A model generated the notes under the pieces. That model worked only from the letters and a program-made list of their open reading frames with translations, did no database searches and was not told the origin of the DNA. A stretch of 64,000 bases of DNA, taken from positions 66,214-130,213 of the forward strand of contig JBDTSL010000001.1 of NCBI GenBank assembly GCA_039931165.1, given 5' to 3'. The DNA is from Candidatus Doudnabacteria bacterium (GTDB lineage: Bacteria; Patescibacteriota; Doudnabacteria; UBA920; O2-02-FULL-48-8). This document shows, one piece after another, positions 27,324-36,733 of the stretch (positions are counted from its first letter, which is position 1; every line of letters starts with the position of its first letter). Made by a program: the position numbers and the translations under genes.

Positions 27324-29046
27324 TAAGCTTAATATCCAAAATTTTTAATTGCATTTGTTTATTTCCGTTCCATTCGTTGGCCGCAAGCTCAAAAACAACA
27401 TCAATTTTTTTTCCCGGTACCAGGCTGCCCCCAAAAAATCCCTGGCCAAAGGCAATCGCTTCCAGCATATGGACTCCAAAGCGAACCCGCAGTTTTAGGT
27501 GCTGGCCGGTGGCTCCCACCAGACGAGAGTCCAAAACCTCCATGCCGCGCCCAACAAATTTAGGCTTGGAGTTGCCAAATCCGAAAGGACCGAATCTTTC
27601 CAAATAGTTCAAATTATCCCAGGTTATATCCGAAACCTCGGCCTCGGCATCTATTTCAAGCACAGGATCACTTATCGGCATTTCCTTCAGGTCGGCATAC
27701 TCCAAAAGCTTTTGATGAAACCCGGGGATATTATCGTGGGCCAGAGTAAAACCCGCTGCCTGGGTATGGCCGCCGTATTTTTGCAAAAAATCCTTGGAAA
27801 AATTCAAAGCCGCCACCAGGTCAAAGTCGATAACTGACCTGCCCGAACCGGTTGCAACTCCGTCCACGGTGCTTAATGCCACCACCGGCCGGTTGTATTC
27901 TTCCGCCAGCCTTCCTGCCACCAGACCGACTACCCCTTTGGGCCAATCCTGGCCGACCGCCAATAAAACTTTTTTATCGCTGATCAATTCGATCTGAGAC
28001 CTGGCCTCACTGGTGATTTGTTCGGTCAACATCTGCCTGTGTTTGTTCAGGTCATTCAATTGACCGGCTAAACCCTCGGCTTCGTCGGGAGAACCGGAGA
28101 TCAACAATTTAAAAGCAATGTCCGCGTGTTTGATCCGGCCCGCGGCGTTGATCCGGGGTGCTAAAATAAAACCTAAAGTGAACGCGTCATACTTATCAGA
28201 CCTGACCTGGGCTGTGGCAAGCAAAGCTTTTAGGCCCGGCCATTTGGTTTTTGCCAGAACTTTCAGCCCAAAACTTACCAGGATCCGGTTTTCTGATGTT
28301 AAGCTCTGGCAATCAGCCACAGTGCCTAAGGCTACCAGATCAAGAAGCCATTTCTCCCAACCGGCGGCAGCCGGTTGCCCCGAGCGAGCGGAAGCGAGCC
28401 GAGGGGCCGTAAAAAGTGCCTGAACCAGTTTAAACGCCACGCCGACACCGGTCAAATAGAGAAAAGGATATTCGTCGTTGGGATTTTTAGGATTAATGAT
28501 TGCCAGAACCCGAGGCAGCTTGCCGGTCAATTCATGATGATCGGTTATTATCAGATCAACGCCGCAGGCAGCAGCAAGCTCAGCTTCGTCCACGGCATTC
28601 ATGCCGCAATCAACAGTAATAATCAGTCCGCGTTTTTCCGCGTCTTCGTTCCGCGTTTTTTCCGCGATCGATTTTATGGCTTCCTGATTTAATCCATAGC
28701 CTTCGGTAAACCGGTCCGGAATATAATAGTCGGCTTTTGCGCCGAGTTTTCTCAAGGCCAAATATAAAACCGCGCATGCGGTTATGGCATCGGCATCATA
28801 ATCCGCAAAGATCGTTATCTTTTCCTCATATTCGATCGCTTTCCAAATTCTGGTGACTGCCGTCTGCATTTGTTTGAACAGAAACGGGTCATGAAGCTTA
28901 TTAAAGTCGGGATCCAGAAAATCCCCGATACCTTCCTCTGACGCGATTCCCCGCAAACTTAAAAGCTTAAGGATCAAATTCGGGTACTGAGGCAGGTTTG
29001 GCAGAATTTTTGCGTCAAAATTCTTGACTTTCCACTGCTTCTTCAT
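27316..29046 (-). CDS. recJ: ssDNA-specific exonuclease RecJ
   Basis: DYDADA, DRFTEGYG, TDHH, GTVAD, PRINAAGR, GGH. Confidence 0.96.
   Translation of the reverse strand: MKKQWKVKNFDAKILPNLPQYPNLILKLLSLRGIASEEGIGDFLDPDFNKLHDPFLFKQMQTAVTRIWKAIEYEEKITIFADYDADAITACAVLYLALRKLGAKADYYIPDRFTEGYGLNQEAIKSIAEKTRNEDAEKRGLIITVDCGMNAVDEAELAAACGVDLIITDHHELTGKLPRVLAIINPKNPNDEYPFLYLTGVGVAFKLVQALFTAPRLASARSGQPAAAGWEKWLLDLVALGTVADCQSLTSENRILVSFGLKVLAKTKWPGLKALLATAQVRSDKYDAFTLGFILAPRINAAGRIKHADIAFKLLISGSPDEAEGLAGQLNDLNKHRQMLTEQITSEARSQIELISDKKVLLAVGQDWPKGVVGLVAGRLAEEYNRPVVALSTVDGVATGSGRSVIDFDLVAALNFSKDFLQKYGGHTQAAGFTLAHDNIPGFHQKLLEYADLKEMPISDPVLEIDAEAEVSDITWDNLNYLERFGPFGFGNSKPKFVGRGMEVLDSRLVGATGQHLKLRVRFGVHMLEAIAFGQGFFGGSLVPGKKIDVVFELAANEWNGNKQMQLKILDIKLNE
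28377..28407. repeat. REP-like palindrome in frame within recJ (APRLASARSG)
   Basis: Coding strand GCCCCTCGGCTCGCTTCCGCTCGCTCGGGGC. Confidence 0.6.
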
Positions 29047-29048
29047 AT

Positions 29049-29483
29049 TTAAAGGATCGTAAAGCCTTGCCTGTCGTCTTCGTCAGGATTCAGCGCCGGC
29101 GTTTGAGGGTTGCGCGTCAGGAGCATGTCCTGGGCCTTATGCAAAATATCCACTGGCCTGTCTTGGCCCTTCACCACAAATTCGACAAACGGATAGCTTT
29201 TGGCTTTTGCACGATCCTCGGGACGTCCCAGATGCGAAAAAATAATTACAGGTGTCGTTTTGGTTGATTTGTTTGCGCGCAGTTTTTCGACCAGTTCAAA
29301 TCCGGACATATGGGGCATCTGGATACCTGTGCCGATAATATCCGGCGTGTTTTTCTGAATTTTTTCCCAGCCGTCAAGACCATCCGTGGCCGTTGTCACT
29401 TCGAAACCGGCGGTGTGGAATATCTCCCGGTACAGATCTCTCTGCACAAAATCATCATCAATAATTATTATCTTTTTGGCCAT
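29049..29483 (-). CDS. Stand-alone receiver-domain protein lacking the phosphoacceptor Asp
   Basis: IIIIDDD, PDIIGTGIQMP.MSG, PVIIFS, FVVK. Confidence 0.85.
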   Translation of the reverse strand: MAKKIIIIDDDFVQRDLYREIFHTAGFEVTTATDGLDGWEKIQKNTPDIIGTGIQMPHMSGFELVEKLRANKSTKTTPVIIFSHLGRPEDRAKAKSYPFVEFVVKGQDRPVDILHKAQDMLLTRNPQTPALNPDEDDRQGFTIL

Positions 29484-29485
29484 AT

Positions 29486-31096
29486 TTAGCTTTCCGTTTG
29501 TTTAATCATCTGTGGCAGAAGGCTGATGCCCGTCATTTCGGGGGGCTGCTCAATTCCCAGTAATTCTAGCATAGTCGGCGCCGCGTCCGAAAGAACGCCG
29601 ATCGGAACCAGGCCCGCCAGAGAAACCAGCCCGATTTCTTTCGGATGCCTCCTCTTGAACTGTTTGCCGATGAGCATGAATGGCACGGGGTTGGTTGAAT
29701 GCTCCTTGTTGATAGCTCCCGAGCGCACATCCAGAAGTTCCTCAATGTTGCCGTGGTCTGCCGTGATGATCAGGCAGATATCCAGCGATAGGCAAGCTTC
29801 GGAGACTTTTTTTAGGCATTCATCCACGACTTTTATCGCCTGGATCGAAGCGCTCATGTCCCCTGTATGCCCGACCATATCGGGATTGGCATAATTGACC
29901 AGCAAAAAAGTATAGCTTTCTTTTAGTTTGGACAGAAGAACTTCAGTGATCTTAAAGGCCGACATTTCAGGCACATCCGCGTAATTCTGGTAATTCGAGG
30001 CAGGCGAAGTTACGATCTCGCGGTCTTCGCCGGGAAAAGGTTTAATCACCCAGCCATTGAAAAACACCGAAACGTGGGCATATTTTTCCGATTCTGCCAG
30101 ATGATACTGCCGCAACCCCTTTTTGCTGATAACCTCAGCCATGCTGTTTTGCACTTCCAGCGGAGGGTAGGCGATTTTCACCGGCAGATCTTTGGCGAAC
30201 TCGGTCATGGTCACGAACAGCAAATTTTTAAGTTCCTTTCGCGGCTTGGCAAACTTGGTGAAATCCGGTTCGGTAAGGGCCCGTACAATCTGCAGAGCCC
30301 TGTCAGGCCGGAAATTAAAATGGATCACAGCGTCATTATCCTCAATTTTGGCGGTTGTACCGTCAGTTTGAGTTATCACGGTCGGCGGGATCATCTCATC
30401 AAAAATATGCCGGTCATAATTATCCTGGATAGCGTCTTGCGCGGAAGCCGCCTGTTTGCCTTCTCCAAAAACCATGGCCCGGTAAGTCTGTTCCGTCTGG
30501 TTCCAGTGATCTGCCCGGTCCATAGCATAAAACCGGCCCGTCACAGTGGCAATGTTGCCGACCCCGAAATTGCTGATTTTCTTGGTCAGTTTGGCCAGGC
30601 TTTCTAGCGCGATCTGGGGCGGCGTGTCCCGCCCGTCCAGGAACATCTGGATATACACTTTCGGAAGCTTGTATTCCGAGGCAAGGCCCAGGAGCGCGTA
30701 AACATGCTCATCGTAACTGTGAACTCCGCCCGGACTGATCAAGCCTACTAGGTGAAGAGCTGAATTATTTTTTTTTACGTGTTCGATAGCTTCCAAAAAA
30801 ACAGGATTTTGAAAAAAACTCCTGTCTTCTATGGCAAGCGTGATCCGCGACAGGTCTTGTCCCACGATCCTGCCGGCGCCCAAATTCAGGTGGCCGACTT
30901 CCGAGTTGCCCATTTCGCCCCAGGGCAGTCCCACCGACGGCCCCGAGGCCTGAAGCGTCGTGGCAGGAAAGTTCTCGATCATTGAATCAATGGTGGCCGG
31001 TTCGGCCATGGTCACGGGGTTTCCCTGCGACGCGGTGGCAATGCCAAAACCGTCGAGGACGACCAGAACCAATTTTTTATAAGGCTTGAAGTCCAT
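29486..31096 (-). CDS. gpmI: 2,3-BPG-independent phosphoglycerate mutase
   Basis: LDGFG, MGNSEVGH, GRFYAMDR, NPDMVGHTG, TADHGN. Confidence 0.97.
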   Translation of the reverse strand: MDFKPYKKLVLVVLDGFGIATASQGNPVTMAEPATIDSMIENFPATTLQASGPSVGLPWGEMGNSEVGHLNLGAGRIVGQDLSRITLAIEDRSFFQNPVFLEAIEHVKKNNSALHLVGLISPGGVHSYDEHVYALLGLASEYKLPKVYIQMFLDGRDTPPQIALESLAKLTKKISNFGVGNIATVTGRFYAMDRADHWNQTEQTYRAMVFGEGKQAASAQDAIQDNYDRHIFDEMIPPTVITQTDGTTAKIEDNDAVIHFNFRPDRALQIVRALTEPDFTKFAKPRKELKNLLFVTMTEFAKDLPVKIAYPPLEVQNSMAEVISKKGLRQYHLAESEKYAHVSVFFNGWVIKPFPGEDREIVTSPASNYQNYADVPEMSAFKITEVLLSKLKESYTFLLVNYANPDMVGHTGDMSASIQAIKVVDECLKKVSEACLSLDICLIITADHGNIEELLDVRSGAINKEHSTNPVPFMLIGKQFKRRHPKEIGLVSLAGLVPIGVLSDAAPTMLELLGIEQPPEMTGISLLPQMIKQTES

Positions 31097-31142
31097 TTGT
31101 TAGAATATCTAAATATTAGAGTCTCTAATTAATTCAGTTTCC

Positions 31143-32396
31143 TCAATTTTTCAGCTCTTCCTCGATCTGCATCAGCCGGTTATATTTCGCCACTCGTTCT
31201 CCCCGAGCAACACTGCCGGCTTTGATATATTCTGCTCCTATGCCTACGGCGAAATCCGCGATAAAATCATCGGTCGTTTCACCGCTACGGTGGGAGGCAA
31301 CGATTTTATAATTATTTTTTTGGGCCAATGCCGCTGTAGCCAGAGTTTCCGTGATCGTTCCCACCTGGTTGGGTTTGATAATGATCGCGTTCGCGACTCC
31401 CATGTCAATCCCCTTTTTCAGCCGATCGGCGCGTGTGGCGAACAGATCATCTCCGACCAGCATCAATTTATCGCCAAGCCGGCTCTGCATCATCAACCAT
31501 CCTTCCCAGTCTTCTTCCGCCAACCCGTCTTCAATCGAAATGATCGAATATTTTTCCGCCCATTCTTTCAATAACGACACCAGCCGTTCGGCCGACAGGC
31601 TTGTGTGGTCCGCGGATAAAACATACTGGCTGTCATGCGCTTTAAACAACCCGGACGCCGCGATATCAGTGGCAATTGAAATGTCTTTCCCCAGCGCGAA
31701 ACCCGCCTCTTTTGCCGCTTCGGCTATGAAATCCAGGGCCTGGCGGTTGGATTCCACGTGCGGCGAAAAACCGCCTTCATTGCCGAGATTGGTGTTCAGG
31801 CGGCGGCCTTTCAGGACTTTTTCCAGGAAATGGAAAATTTCCGAAGCCACGCGGACATTTTCGGCCATGGAATCGAATTTGGGCACCAGCATAAATTCCT
31901 GAACATCGAGATTGGTATCCCCGTGCTGGCCGCCGTTGATGACATTGAACATCGGCTTCGGCAGTTTCAATTTCTTTTTCTTGGCCAGTGATCCAACGTA
32001 CTTATATATGGGAATTTTTTTGGCCGCCGCCGCGGCTTTTACCACTGCTCCTGAAACTCCCAGAATGGCATTGGCGCCGAGCTTTTTTTTATTTGGCGTG
32101 CCGTCCATCCCGATCATCGCTTCGTCGACGGCTTCCTGGTCAAATACGTTCATGCCTCTGATATTTTTGGCGATAACAGCATTGACGTTTGCGACAGCCT
32201 TCAGAACGCCGAGACCTCCATAATCTTTTCCTCCGTCGCGCAATTCCAAAGCTTCGGCGCTGCCTGTCGATGCTCCAGAAGGAACCCCGAAAGTCCCGCG
32301 GCCGCTTCCCGCTTCCACGGTCACTTCAACAGTCGGGTTGCCCCGAGAATCAAGTATCTGCCGAGCGAATATATTTTTGATGGGAGTGTTTGACAT
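31143..32396 (-). CDS. eno: Enolase
   Basis: DSRGNPTVE, VPSGASTG, SHRSGET, RGERVAKYN. Confidence 0.97.
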   Translation of the reverse strand: MSNTPIKNIFARQILDSRGNPTVEVTVEAGSGRGTFGVPSGASTGSAEALELRDGGKDYGGLGVLKAVANVNAVIAKNIRGMNVFDQEAVDEAMIGMDGTPNKKKLGANAILGVSGAVVKAAAAAKKIPIYKYVGSLAKKKKLKLPKPMFNVINGGQHGDTNLDVQEFMLVPKFDSMAENVRVASEIFHFLEKVLKGRRLNTNLGNEGGFSPHVESNRQALDFIAEAAKEAGFALGKDISIATDIAASGLFKAHDSQYVLSADHTSLSAERLVSLLKEWAEKYSIISIEDGLAEEDWEGWLMMQSRLGDKLMLVGDDLFATRADRLKKGIDMGVANAIIIKPNQVGTITETLATAALAQKNNYKIVASHRSGETTDDFIADFAVGIGAEYIKAGSVARGERVAKYNRLMQIEEELKN

Positions 32397-33628
32397 TATT
32401 TGGATGTTTCCAGAGCTTTAATTGCCGGCAATGGCTTTCCTGCCAGGAATTCTAGCATGGCTCCGCCTCCCGTGGAAACGTGGTCAATAAACTGCGATAC
32501 TTTCGCCTGATCCAAGACCTCAACGGTTTCGCCGCCGCCGACCACGCCGAAAGCCGGACCTTTTGACCTTGAAGCAAAAGTCAGGGCAATTGCCTTGCTG
32601 CCGAACCGGTATCGCGGATCCTCTATCAGGCCGAAAGGCCCGTTCCACGCCAGAGACCTTGCCAGTTTTATGAGGGCCGAAAATTTTCTTATGCTTTCCG
32701 GGCCTATGTCCAACATCAGATCGTTTGGCCTGACTTTATCAATATTTACCAATCTTGGCCGCGCCTTCAGGTCGGTTGCCACCACCACATCCACAGGCAT
32801 AACCAGTTTCTGCTTATAATGGCGGAGCAGATCTCTGGCCGCGGGCACATCCGAAATTTTTGACCTGCCAACCTCATAACCCAAAGCCTTCAAAAAAGTA
32901 TTGGCTACGCCGCCGCCCACAATAATATTCGAAGCGTGCTTCGCCAGGTTATGGATAGTATGAACCTTATCCTCAATTTTGATCCCGCCGATCAGAATCA
33001 CTAGAGGCGGGCGGGGATTTTTTGTGATCTTCGAAAGCGACCGGAGCTCTTTCATGAAAGAAATTCCGGCATAGGCCGGCAATTTCTTGGCCAGACCGAA
33101 AGTTGATGCTTCTTGCCTGTGCGCTACGGAAAAAGCCTCGTTGGCATAAACATCGCCGAAGCCCGCGAGAAGATCAATAAATTTTAGGTCGTTTTCTTCT
33201 TCTTCCTTATAAAAACGCAAATTTTCCAAAAATAAAATGCTGCCTGCCGGCAAATCCCGGCTGAGGCCGGAGTAATCTTTCTTCCTGATATCCGCCGGTA
33301 AAAAATTTATGGTCGGAACTTTATATCCGGAAAACTTGCTCACGATCCTGACCAGCTTATAATCTACCAGTTCGGCCAATTTAACAGCCACCGGCCACAG
33401 GCTTTTGGCTTTTTTCCAACCCTCGGGGCGGTCCAGATGCGCGATAATCACGATCTTGGCTCCTTGTTTGATCAAATACCGAAGCGTAGGCAAAATGTCT
33501 TTGACCCTGTTGTCATCCGCCACTTCCCACTCCTCGGTATGGATATTCTGCTTCAGCGGCACGTCAAATCCCGCGCGCAAAATCACGCGCCGGCCGGTAA
33601 CCCTTACTGATGTGATCGATTTGATCAT
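32396..33628 (-). CDS. pgk: Phosphoglycerate kinase
   Basis: LENLRF, WNGPFG, GGGET, HVSTGGGAMLE; ATG overlaps the upstream TGA. Confidence 0.93.
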   Translation of the reverse strand: MIKSITSVRVTGRRVILRAGFDVPLKQNIHTEEWEVADDNRVKDILPTLRYLIKQGAKIVIIAHLDRPEGWKKAKSLWPVAVKLAELVDYKLVRIVSKFSGYKVPTINFLPADIRKKDYSGLSRDLPAGSILFLENLRFYKEEEENDLKFIDLLAGFGDVYANEAFSVAHRQEASTFGLAKKLPAYAGISFMKELRSLSKITKNPRPPLVILIGGIKIEDKVHTIHNLAKHASNIIVGGGVANTFLKALGYEVGRSKISDVPAARDLLRHYKQKLVMPVDVVVATDLKARPRLVNIDKVRPNDLMLDIGPESIRKFSALIKLARSLAWNGPFGLIEDPRYRFGSKAIALTFASRSKGPAFGVVGGGETVEVLDQAKVSQFIDHVSTGGGAMLEFLAGKPLPAIKALETSK

Positions 33629-34521
33629 CTGCTGACACCTTCCACTTTCACCCAGCCTGGAGGAAGATCGCACGGTGTAGGGAAAGTTTTAACTTCCCCA
33701 GTCGCAGGATTCATTCCCGTCGTGATCACTTGGATGCAAGCAATAGGATTTTTCGGGTCAGAGATTGGGGTGATTTGTTTGGTACAATTTATTCCTGCGT
33801 CAGGGAACGAACCTTCCGAAACGCAGGTGTAGCCGGTCGTCGGGCAAGGCATACCGGCAATTCCTCCGCAAAAAACTGTGTTGGCAACTGTGAACTTGAA
33901 AGTGGAAAGGATTTGTTGAAAAATTTTAATCGCTTCTCCTTGATCCTTTACACTGAATAGCAATTCAATATCTATGCCCTCATTTAAGAGATCAACATTT
34001 TTCAAAAGTGACGCTGGTATTATTAATATGGCTATTCTTGCGGTATTATTTGGATCTATTGCAGTGGCTCCCAAATTCTCCCCATATCCGTACAGTCTAT
34101 ATCCCAAATTTTTGCCGTCTACAAGAACCGGAAATTCTTGATACTTTATAGTACCTTCTCGACAGCAATTGCTCTCGATTTGCAACTTGAATCTATTGGA
34201 AGGATCTTTAAAAGACACTACCGGAATAGAAGAAGTTGGACTGGCTTCAGACGACATAGTACTATCATTTGGATACTTAAAACTAAATCCATACTGATCA
34301 TTCGTATAAGTTTTCCAATTTGCCATTGTGTCAACTTTTTCGTGATGCACGGGAGGAATAATAACAGGCTCTGACTGGGAGACCTGGTAATAGTACGCTC
34401 CGGCAGCGATGGCGCCAAAAAGCAGGATTCCCAAAATCTCGGACATAATATGCCTGGCAAACCAGCTTTTGTGAGGTCCGAGTTCGAGTGGAGGCGGTTG
34501 TGAATTTCCTATTTCGGTCAT
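33625..34521 (-). CDS. Membrane-anchored protein: one PsbP-like variable domain plus two small Cys-rich domains
   Basis: TM, WKTYTNDQYGF...QILSTFKF, CGGIAG.PC, CIQVIT...FPTPCD. Confidence 0.8.
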   Translation of the reverse strand: MTEIGNSQPPPLELGPHKSWFARHIMSEILGILLFGAIAAGAYYYQVSQSEPVIIPPVHHEKVDTMANWKTYTNDQYGFSFKYPNDSTMSSEASPTSSIPVVSFKDPSNRFKLQIESNCCREGTIKYQEFPVLVDGKNLGYRLYGYGENLGATAIDPNNTARIAILIIPASLLKNVDLLNEGIDIELLFSVKDQGEAIKIFQQILSTFKFTVANTVFCGGIAGMPCPTTGYTCVSEGSFPDAGINCTKQITPISDPKNPIACIQVITTGMNPATGEVKTFPTPCDLPPGWVKVEGVSR

Positions 34522-34552
34522 GGGGTGAATTTAAAGGTGGAAAGGATTTGAT
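34289..34552. repeat. 264-bp direct repeat, copy 1
   Basis: Matches 35326-35589 with one mismatch seen by eye. Confidence 0.95.
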
Positions 34553-35558
34553 CCAAAACCTTTTCATCAAAATATTCTTTATCCAGAATTTTACTATTTA
34601 AAATATAAAATTCATTACTTCCAGTTTTAAAATGGTAAACAATGAGACCGCAATAATCTGACCTTGACATCATTATTCCGTTGACTAGTTTTGAGCTAGT
34701 CTTTATATCAAGACATCCCTCACCGAATCCAAATCCAGGATTATTTATCTTGATATTAAATCCATTGCTGCTTTTATTTGCATCCTCAAAGCTTATGTCC
34801 CCCCATCCGCTAGAAGAGGATTTATCTTGATAGGTTATTGACGGAGGATATTGAAACTCAAACCCGTACTGGCTGTTTGTGTAAGTTTTCCAAGTCGAGG
34901 TATCCAGAACTGAACTTGGCGTTGTGAACTTGAAGGTGGAAAGGATTTGGTTAATATAAGCAACGCTTGGCATTGTTTTCGGGTCTCCGGGGCAGTGTTC
35001 TTCATCCATAAAACTAACATCAATCAAATCTAGTCCGTCTTTAGTAATTGTCTGGAACGAGGCCTGGTCACAACCAGGAGCCCCTCCGGCAGGATTATAA
35101 AAAATATGCCAGGTCACGCCATTGATAACTTTTGAAGCAATAGAGGAAGGTGGATTTCCATAAGGATCAGTCGCAACGTCCGTGTAGCCTTTAATAATTT
35201 TTATGTCTGGTACAATATTATTTATCAATTGAATTGTCTGGTAAGTTTTTCCTGCAGTTGTCACGCTTCCAGTACCTGTAGTAGCGTCAAGAGGCATTAA
35301 TTCCACTGGAGTTTTTAACTCAAACCCATACTGATCATTCGTATAAGTTTTCCAATTTGCCATTGTGTCAACTTTTTCGTGATGCACGGGAGGAATAATA
35401 ACAGGCTCTGACTGGGAGACCTGGTAATAGTACGCTCCGGCAGCGATGGCGCCAAAAAGCAGGATTCCCAAAATCTCGGACATAATATGCCTGGCAAACC
35501 AGCTTTTGTGAGGTCCGAGTTCGAGTGGAGGCGGTTGTGAATTTCCTATTTCGGTCAT
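34518..35558 (-). CDS. Membrane-anchored protein with two PsbP-like variable domains
   Basis: First 78 aa identical to the 33625 gene; two WKTY..YGF/ILSTFKF modules. Confidence 0.8.
   Translation of the reverse strand: MTEIGNSQPPPLELGPHKSWFARHIMSEILGILLFGAIAAGAYYYQVSQSEPVIIPPVHHEKVDTMANWKTYTNDQYGFELKTPVELMPLDATTGTGSVTTAGKTYQTIQLINNIVPDIKIIKGYTDVATDPYGNPPSSIASKVINGVTWHIFYNPAGGAPGCDQASFQTITKDGLDLIDVSFMDEEHCPGDPKTMPSVAYINQILSTFKFTTPSSVLDTSTWKTYTNSQYGFEFQYPPSITYQDKSSSSGWGDISFEDANKSSNGFNIKINNPGFGFGEGCLDIKTSSKLVNGIMMSRSDYCGLIVYHFKTGSNEFYILNSKILDKEYFDEKVLDQILSTFKFTP
34844..34946. repeat. ~103-bp inter-domain repeat, copy 1
   Basis: Similar to 35896-35998; encodes ILSTFKFTTPSS..DTSTWKTYTNSQYGFEFQYP. 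Confidence 0.85.
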
Positions 35559-35589
35559 GAGGTGAATTTAAAGGTGGAAAGGATTTGAT
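35326..35589. repeat. 264-bp direct repeat, copy 2
   Basis: Offset 1037 bp from copy 1. Confidence 0.95.
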
Positions 35590-36724
35590 TAGTTATTTCT
35601 TCGGTGCCCGACACTTCATAAACTTTGCCGTTTTTCTCGACATAGTAATCCGATCCGTTTGGAGTACTAAAATGCTGCCAGGATATACCCGCGACTGTCG
35701 CATTCCCTAGCTTCTTTTCATTTTTTAGAAAAGGATCATCTTTCAAAACAGTGGCCAATGTAACACTGTATATATCCACACGCCCGCTAAAATCTTGCGC
35801 GGGGTAACTAGTACGATAGATGGCTGCGAACATCCGGGAAACCGGCAAATAATCAGTTGAGCTGGCTTGTGAATCAACTACCTTTACCCATGTTTGAGGA
35901 TATTGAAACTCAAACCCATACTGGCTGTTTGTGTAAGTTTTCCAAGTCGAAGTGTCGGCAGTGGAACTTGGCGTGGTAAACTTGAAAGTAGAAAGGATCA
36001 ACTCGGCTGTTTTTTGATTGGAATCAAAATTCGGATCGGACGTAGGTGTAGCGAAATAATCACGAGATCCAAAATAAACATATGTATCGTATAAATCTGG
36101 AATAACGCCTGAATCTGGACTCTCGAAATAATCCACACCAGCTTTATTAAAACTGTATCTGATGTAATGAAAAGTTTTCCCATCCCCTCGATATACCGGG
36201 TGTTTGTAAATCTTAATTCCGCTGGAATTCGGGATAATTGACCTGGTTTTCAAAACATCAGCTTGAACACTGGCAACAGAAGTGGAATCTTGCTTCAAAA
36301 GCGCGGAGCCAGGCTCATTTATTCCCAATATTATTTGTTGTGCGCCGTCGCGGCTCAGATATACTTCATCTCCGTGACATGCAACGGCTGCCAGTGGGTC
36401 TGTTGTGGCGCAATTGTCATCAGCTGTTGTCAAAGCCAAGGCCGGGGGATATTTAAACTCCAATCCGTACTTTGTGTTGGAATACGCCTTCCAGTCAGCC
36501 ATAAAATCTTTATGCGCCGGTACTTGTAAAAATGCAGGAATCTGGCGCACGGTTTGCCAATAGTAAATTCCCGACACGATCGCGCCGACCGCGGCCAGCA
36601 AAAAAACAACGCCAAGAATCATATGCCGTGAAAACCAATTTTTATGCAGAGTATCTGTCATCGGAGTCGGGGGAACTTTGTAGGTTGGATCTGTTGGATT
36701 TTGATTTGGTTGTGGTGTATCCAT
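35555..36724 (-). CDS. Membrane-anchored protein with two PsbP-like variable domains
   Basis: TM, WKAYSNTKYGL..., two ILSTFKFT ends. Confidence 0.8.
   Translation of the reverse strand: MDTPQPNQNPTDPTYKVPPTPMTDTLHKNWFSRHMILGVVFLLAAVGAIVSGIYYWQTVRQIPAFLQVPAHKDFMADWKAYSNTKYGLEFKYPPALALTTADDNCATTDPLAAVACHGDEVYLSRDGAQQIILGINEPGSALLKQDSTSVASVQADVLKTRSIIPNSSGIKIYKHPVYRGDGKTFHYIRYSFNKAGVDYFESPDSGVIPDLYDTYVYFGSRDYFATPTSDPNFDSNQKTAELILSTFKFTTPSSTADTSTWKTYTNSQYGFEFQYPQTWVKVVDSQASSTDYLPVSRMFAAIYRTSYPAQDFSGRVDIYSVTLATVLKDDPFLKNEKKLGNATVAGISWQHFSTPNGSDYYVEKNGKVYEVSGTEEITNQILSTFKFTS
35896..35998. repeat. ~103-bp inter-domain repeat, copy 2
   Basis: Offset 1052 bp from copy 1. Confidence 0.85.
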
Positions 36725-36733
36725 AAAATTTAT

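Noticed and set aside
34289-35998. Repeats interpreted as a CRISPR array or as DGR template/variable repeats
   Set aside because: The repeats are 100-264 bp and protein-coding, with no short repeat-spacer period, no adenine-specific mismatch pattern, and no cas or reverse transcriptase gene.
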